A stretch of DNA of 64,000 nucleotides from Amphiscolops sp. MND2022 (Eukaryota), in the NCBI GenBank assembly GCA_964187785.1, contig OZ076409.1:69132001-69196000 (forward strand), written 5' to 3'. The position numbers and the translations under genes were made by a program. A model generated the notes under the pieces. It did not search any database. It saw only the letters and a list, made by a program, of their open reading frames with translations, and was not told where the DNA came from. Positions 60,395-64,000 of the stretch are shown in pieces. Position 1 is the stretch's first letter. Each line of letters opens with the position of its first letter.

Positions 60395-60657
60395 CGTTAA
60401 ACTCTCTTGCTATGACTCACAGTATTTCATAACATTGTAAGTAAGTCCTCTTATAAAACTCATGTTTTTAAACTACGCTCTTCTACGGAACCCATTGTTT
60501 TAGATTATGACCCTGTTATATGTTCTATGCACGTTTATCTAGTGTGTCTCGTAGCGGCTAAGTTTTCCAAGACTTCAAAAATTTAAAAGGCAAAAAAAAT
60601 TATTGGAGGTTCTGAACTGAAGTGTCGTAAAACTTTATATGAGTTAATAAAAAGAAA

Positions 60658-62014
60658 CCCATGTTGAGCATTCCTTGAGAATCTGTACAGATCTGTGAGC
60701 CAAATTTCCTTGAGAATATGTAAAGATCGTGCCACTGCTACGTAAGGACAACTGCAGAGCTGCAAGGATCTTTACAGATTTTCAAAGATTTTCTGTACAG
60801 CTTTTTCAGGGAAAATTATTCCGGACCTTCTAGTGAAACTATGTATTTCATCTTTGAGCTTCTTCAAGAATTAGGTTAGCTGACCAAGGGTCAGTAAGTT
60901 GAAACTCTCCATCACTCAAAATTATCTAACAGGAAAACTTGTCCCCATCACTGTAGTTTTGGTGTCTCGGGGATGTTTGGTATAGGTTATACAGGGTAAT
61001 TTACTAAAATCACTTGAACTTTTCAGAAGTGGTTGTTCAACTATGAGAGGCTCGTTTGCCATATTGACTTAGTTTTGGCGAATATGATTAGGAACAAGCC
61101 GGGACCGGCCCAAGTCGGCGCCAAAGCCAAGGCTCAAAAATAGCAAAAAGACTTCCAAGCGTCAAGTATTCTTTTACAGAACTCGAAAAAATTACATTAC
61201 AAATTACTCAAAAAAATGGACCGAGTGGGCGTCGCAAAACATGAAAAAATTGAAGAAAACAAAAATTTTCATTTTCGGGAAAAAATCTCACAATGCCGAA
61301 AATAACTGAAAGGGGGGGCCTTTGGGACTTTTCAACATCCATTCTGTCGCAAAACAAAGAAAAATGCAGGGGGACCCTTTGGGGAAATTTTTTTTCGAAA
61401 AAAGTCTCGCAGTGCCGAAAAAAAATGAAAGGGGGGAGCCTTTGGTCGCCCGGTATGGTATGTTACGCGGAAAAACAGGAAAAACCTTTTTGGTTCAGTT
61501 CGCTAGACCGAATAGTGCAATTTGGTTCAATAATATTTTGTAGAACTTTTGTAGAACTATTTTGGTCAGTTCGTGTGGATAGAAAAAAAGAGTCACTATA
61601 ATAGTCGCGTTTCACTTCATGAAGCGCCGACTAAAACTCAAGACATGTGTCCACCGTGTGGGTTGATAGAGGTGTTGATAAAGTGCTGTAAGTGTAATAT
61701 TTCGGGCACATGGTTTGCTGGAGTAGTTTAAGTAATTGCTGGAAACTTGGAATACGTTATAGTAATTTATTGGTCATTTTCGTGTGGTTAATGTTTGACA
61801 AATTCTGGAATGTCTGTCAGGATCTGTACAGATTCGCACAGAAACTTTTCTGAAATTTCAATTAAGAGGCGTTTTCATTTTGTAGAGCACTTTTTAATCA
61901 ACTAATTCCAATTTCAAAACTGTTTTTATGACTGGTTAATTTTCGACAAATCCTGGAATATCTGTCAGGATCTGTACAGATCTGTAAAGATTCGCAGGGA
62001 GTGCTCAACATGGG
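60658..62014. mobile_element. MITE with 13-bp perfect TIR CCCATGTTGAGCA and 2-bp TSD AA; hosts a nested HINE
   Basis: TIRs at 60658-60670 and 62002-62014. Homologous to 39362-39859. Confidence 0.8.
61093..61636 (-). mobile_element. HINE family copy (complete), nested in the MITE
   Basis: On the minus strand: TTTT-AGTCGGCGC subTIR with hairpin partner ... GCGCCGACT subTIR, GCCG/CGGC stem-loop, TTGTT. Confidence 0.75.
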
Positions 62015-62352
62015 AAGTTAATGTTTAATACGTTATCACAAAGGAAATCAAAAAAGAACGTTCTCACATCTATACATATTAGCACCTCAAAAAATGATCT
62101 GTCCATTGATGTTCTTGATCTTGACGGTCTTGTTGAACATGTTGATTGACAATTTGGTCACTCTCTTTGCAAAAAGGAACTATATTGAAAATGCGTTTGT
62201 AGACAACCGAGGTAACTGTTGTTTTTGCAATTGTCAGCCGAAAAGAGAAAAGATTATTTACGCAAGACGATGGCTTTCATAGCTATCTTTCTTCCTCAAA
62301 ATGTTTTGCATTGGAAAGACTAAAGCTTCCCAGTAATTCTAAAGATAACAAA

Positions 62353-62843
62353 AACAAGCCGAGTCCGGCCCAAGTCGGCGCCATATCCAAGGCTCAAAAA
62401 TAGCAAAAAGACTTCCAAGTGTCAAGTATTCTATTAGAGTACTCGAAAATCGAAATTTTTTTGAAAAAATTTTTTTCGAAAAAATTACGTTACAAATTAC
62501 TCAAAAAAATGGACCGAGTGGGACCCTTTGGGACTTTTCAACATCCATTCTGTCGAAAAACATAAAAAAATGCAGGGAGGACCCTTTGAGGAATTTTTTT
62601 TCGAAAAAAAAGTCTCGCAGCGCCGAAAAAAATGAAAGGGGGAAGCCTTTGGTCGCCCGGTATGGTAGGTTACGCGAAAAAACAGAAAAAAATTTTTGGT
62701 TCAGTTCGCTAGACCAAATAGTGCAATTTGGTGCAATAATATTTTGTAGAACTTTTGTAGAACTATTTTGGTCAGTTCGTGTGGATAGAAAAAAAGTGTC
62801 ACTATAATAGTCGCGTTTCACTTCATGAAGTGCCAACTAAAAA
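62353..62843 (-). mobile_element. HINE family copy (complete)
   Basis: Closely similar to 61093-61636 over its full length. Confidence 0.75.
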
Positions 62844-64000
62844 CCTAAAAATGAAAGTGTAAGAAAAAAGTTTGATAAGGGGTTTTTGTCTCCCCTTCTG
62901 AAAACTTCTACCTGAAAACTTAGAATCCCAGGATTGCAAGACAAAAATGACGTCTTGCAAAACTTCGTTTCGACATTTTGCAGGGCGAACGTGTTTCAGC
63001 AAGAACCGTGCAATAACTGCATCGAATTTCAAGTAGCTTGCAAGGAAAACATTTTTCGAACAAAAATTTCAAGACACCTAATCAAAGGTGGCTGTTGTGA
63101 ATAAAAAATATCTAATGGTCGAACTATGACTTCCTCAAAAAATCATAGCTAAAACGAAATTATTTCTCAAAAACTTTTTTCAATATCAGTGTTTTCTGCC
63201 GTACAAGATGATTGTCGAACCTGTGCTTACGTCCTAGTTGAAACTGCGGGAGCTTTTTACATGCTGCAGGCCTGCATGCAGGGTAATTGTTTATAAAACC
63301 TAGAACATTTAGTGGTTATTCCAAAGGTAAATTTTGTAGAATTACACAGCATTTTCCACTATTGCAATTAAATTTGAACTTCAAACTTTTTTAAAGATAA
63401 GAAGAAGAAAAGCCGGCAATTTTACGGAAAGTGAGACATTAAATGGGACTTGTTTGTGGTAATTGATTTATATTTACTCTCTGGCTTATTAAGTTTAATT
63501 TCGGCTGAGTTGAATGTAAGTGGAAACTGAGACGCTCAAATTTACATCCATCTGATTGGTTAATATGCATTTTGTGGAAACCATGACACGCATTTGTCGG
63601 CATCTTGGCGGCATTTTCTCGGTCCCGGACTCCGCAAAATGAAACCGGCTAACGTATTAACCCATGTCCTCGTTCCGAAAAACGCCGATTTTTGTGGCGT
63701 GGTTTCCGCAAAATTACTGCTAAACTGCCTATTTTACACGCTTCAAGACATGTCTGCCGAATCGGAGGCCTACAGGCACGGAAATGTGTCTGTAACAATT
63801 TAGCTTGCCTATGCACTGTAATGAAAATAAATACCACTTCATCACCGACAAGACCACTTTGTATTTACACTTTGTTTTCTCAACTACTGGTCTGATGTGA
63901 TCACCGCTTCTCAAATAGGACGCTAAACATGACGCAGATTGGCTATTTATTACGTGACTGAAATTATTTTGCATTAAAATGGCCGTTAAATTGAGAGCGA

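Overview
This is AT-rich, repeat-dense animal (metazoan) genomic DNA, not prokaryotic. The main host gene is an 11-coding-exon HUNK kinase orthologue on the minus strand (41294->19734, about 746 aa, all introns GT-AG and phase-consistent). A second, unidentified spliced gene is likely at about 10979->8293 (minus). There are three full-length but decayed Ty3/Gypsy (Mag-like) LTR retrotransposons with LTR pairs, 5-bp TSDs, tRNA-Ser-type PBS and PPT: 921-6796 (+), 32102-38159 (-, inside a HUNK intron) and 43003-48904 (+). Also present: a 3.1-kb TSD-flanked non-coding LTR composite, a Foldback/Phantom-type Mutator remnant, many Helentron/DINE-like non-autonomous copies, CCC-ended MITEs and tandem arrays. 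Main discovery: all three divergent retrotransposons appear to hide the same four-exon gene inside the 3' half of pol. A CCAAT box and a conserved Met-Asp start follow RNase H. Three position- and phase-conserved GT-AG introns (phases 1, 0, 1) then excise the integrase DDE core, the integrase C-terminal domain and the terminal RRxxR tail. The predicted ~474-aa product stays open in two elements whose integrase-region lesions all fall inside those introns. All calls were made by eye, with no database searches or transcript data.
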